DNA from: a virus
Lineage: Duplodnaviria > Caudoviricetes
IMG/VR virus record: IMGVR_UViG_3300037087_000137
Coordinates: 1 to 36,562 of that record
Reading direction: 5' to 3' (one strand)
Length of the DNA stretch: 36,562 nucleotides
Below are positions 34,882 through 36,562 of the stretch, in pieces. Each line of letters begins with the position of its first letter. Within the stretch, counting starts at the first letter, position 1. The notes beneath the pieces are model-generated. The model did not search any database. It was given only the letters and a program-made list of their open reading frames with translations, and was not told the DNA's origin. The translations under genes were made by a program, and so were the position numbers.

Positions 34882-35390
34882 TAAAACTCCAGCCTCTCGC
34901 GACGGAAGCCGGGCGTTGGTGTGGAAGGTATCTGAGGCAATCCCAGCCTCTTGCGCGCCCGACGGCCGAGATGGTCTTTACCTTCAGCGTGCGCAGCCAA
35001 CTTGCGGTCATACAACTGCTTAGTCGTCTCAACCGTATGGCAGGCATGGCACAACGGTTCCAGATTATCGGGATGATGCACACACCCACTGTAGTAGCCA
35101 CGTCCCAAGAGCGGAACGCGATGGTTCACCTCTTCGGCAGGACGACCACAACGAAGACATTTGTAGTCGGCTTGCTGCATCGCTGCGGCGCGAGCAGATG
35201 TCCAGTCGTGGAGCGTCCTCCATTCCATCTCACATGGACGCTGGTAGCCCGAGCCACACCAGTAGACCTGACGGCCTTCCAGTGGCTTGCCACACCACCA
35301 ACAGATGTGCGCTACCCGACATTGCTCCCGGGTCATACTGGCCGTGATACCCGAGCGTAGGGTACAGGTCTCATATTCCTCCGGCCGCAC
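34881..35390 (-). CDS. HNH endonuclease adjacent to the terminase
   Basis: CLRC...EVNHRVP...HHPDNLEPLCHACH. Confidence 0.85.
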   Translation of the reverse strand: MRPEEYETCTLRSGITASMTREQCRVAHICWWCGKPLEGRQVYWCGSGYQRPCEMEWRTLHDWTSARAAAMQQADYKCLRCGRPAEEVNHRVPLLGRGYYSGCVHHPDNLEPLCHACHTVETTKQLYDRKLAAHAEGKDHLGRRARKRLGLPQIPSTPTPGFRRERLEF

Positions 35391-35656
35391 TACGGAAGGT
35401 CTCCCTCAGGATGCTCTAACGCTACATGCGCGGCGTACTCGGGCTGAGTCGCGAACTCAGGCGCAGCGGCGGCTCCCAACGCTTCACGACAGCGGCCACA
35501 CGTGTAGGGGTGGAACGCTGAGAAACACACGTGAGGATCGGTCCAAGGACCACCGCAGACAGAGCACTCGACGGAGAGTATGGAGCGCCCATCGATCTCT
35601 TTCTCGTGAGCGTACCAGCCATCACAGGGGTTAGGCATGTTCTCTGCGACTTCCAT
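35390..35656 (-). CDS. Zn-finger protein
   Basis: CSVC; YTCGRC...HVALEH. Confidence 0.6.
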   Translation of the reverse strand: MEVAENMPNPCDGWYAHEKEIDGRSILSVECSVCGGPWTDPHVCFSAFHPYTCGRCREALGAAAAPEFATQPEYAAHVALEHPEGDLP

Positions 35657-35957
35657 GTCGAACGGTCCTGTCGCTCTCGATCTGGTCTAGGAACGTCTCG
35701 ATGGCCTTATCCATGTCGGGCTGGCATAGACAGGAAGGGTAGTCCCGGTTGCAGACAGAGCACCATAGAAACCCGTTGTACTCGGACCAATCAAGGCGCT
35801 CGTCGTAGTTGCGACCATCGGTCAGTTCGTACTTGCAGACGGGGCAGTGGTAGCCCAACTCGCAAGGCTGGTCGAAGATAACGACACCTTCGGTGCGACC
35901 TTGCAGGCGCAGGCCCATGACCTGTCTAGCACGCTCGTTCTTGGAGTAGTCGATCAT
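35631..35957 (-). CDS. Cys-rich hypothetical protein
   Basis: CPVC...WSEYNGFLWCSVC..DYPSCLC. Confidence 0.65.
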   Translation of the reverse strand: MIDYSKNERARQVMGLRLQGRTEGVVIFDQPCELGYHCPVCKYELTDGRNYDERLDWSEYNGFLWCSVCNRDYPSCLCQPDMDKAIETFLDQIESDRTVRHGSRREHA

Positions 35958-36181
35958 GGCTGTCCCGTCCCCACTTTTGCATACGGATCGTGCTGTCTAC
36001 TGTCAGGCGTCTTGCAGGGTCCGTCAGAACACCCTTCGCAGGGCTGCGAAGTATGAGGCCGTTTTGAGTAGCGATGATGAACCTCCCAGGGAGGTCCTGC
36101 TAGATCAAGTTCGTTGGCGTCCTCCAGACCACAGTCGAGGCACCAAGCACCGGGCCACCCGGACCATCGATGATCGTTCAC
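35954..36181 (-). CDS. Cys-rich hypothetical protein
   Basis: HRWSGWPGAWCLDCG; ATGA-coupled. Confidence 0.55.
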   Translation of the reverse strand: MNDHRWSGWPGAWCLDCGLEDANELDLAGPPWEVHHRYSKRPHTSQPCEGCSDGPCKTPDSRQHDPYAKVGTGQP

Positions 36182-36390
36182 TTCCGTCCCTCCGGCCCGA
36201 CCTTGTCCTCACCCTTATCCAATTCAGCCAGTTCCGCTTCGAGTCGGGCTTTGGTTTCGGGAGAAACGAGCGGACTGAACAGCGCTTGACGAACGCCATC
36301 GCGACGCTCTTCCCAAGACACGCTCGGATGCCAGCCGACAGACGCCACGTGTTCGGGGGAGCCTACCTTGGGTTCAGTTTTCGGGCTCAA
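36178..36390 (-). CDS. hypothetical protein
   Basis: GAGGAGG SD plus TTG; coupled to the next ORF. Confidence 0.5.
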   Translation of the reverse strand: MSPKTEPKVGSPEHVASVGWHPSVSWEERRDGVRQALFSPLVSPETKARLEAELAELDKGEDKVGPEGRK

Positions 36391-36562
36391 GAGAACCGTC
36401 CTCCTCGAACTCTACGTCATGCTCGCGAAACACCTGAACGATCACAGGATCGTCAGCATACCTGTCAAGAGAGTCCCGGTCACAATCCCAGTCCTCTGCC
36501 TGTAGAGCGCCGCACAGATCACCTAGGACCTTGTGCTTGATCTCATCGCTAGCCTTGGCTTC

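Overview
GC-rich tailed-phage (or prophage) segment, almost all on the minus strand. In transcription order it has: HNH and an intein-containing large terminase; about 16 kb of accessory genes holding 27 CCA-encoding tRNAs, several tRNA-like or structured ncRNA candidates, two HNH endonucleases and an Rnl2 RNA ligase; small membrane (lysis-like) genes; a head module; and a C1 peptidase. A convergent plus-strand block encodes RtcB. The head module stands out. Portal, MuF and two neighbouring ORFs are strings of effector domains (ADP-ribosyltransferases, zincin, ParB-like, zeta-like kinase), most introduced by a repeated K-Y-S-D-D-x-x-R-D-D-H-G-x-W motif (9 copies). Other signals: terminase, portal and a holin-like gene appear to start at GCG/ACG codons after TTA; a circularly permuted tRNA-like (YrlA-like) RNA; a ~260-nt RNA candidate with heptamer repeats near a coiled-coil gene; and an in-frame TAG plus a 47-bp micro-inversion breaking the MuF-ParB-zeta fusion. 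All calls were made by eye and no searches were run.
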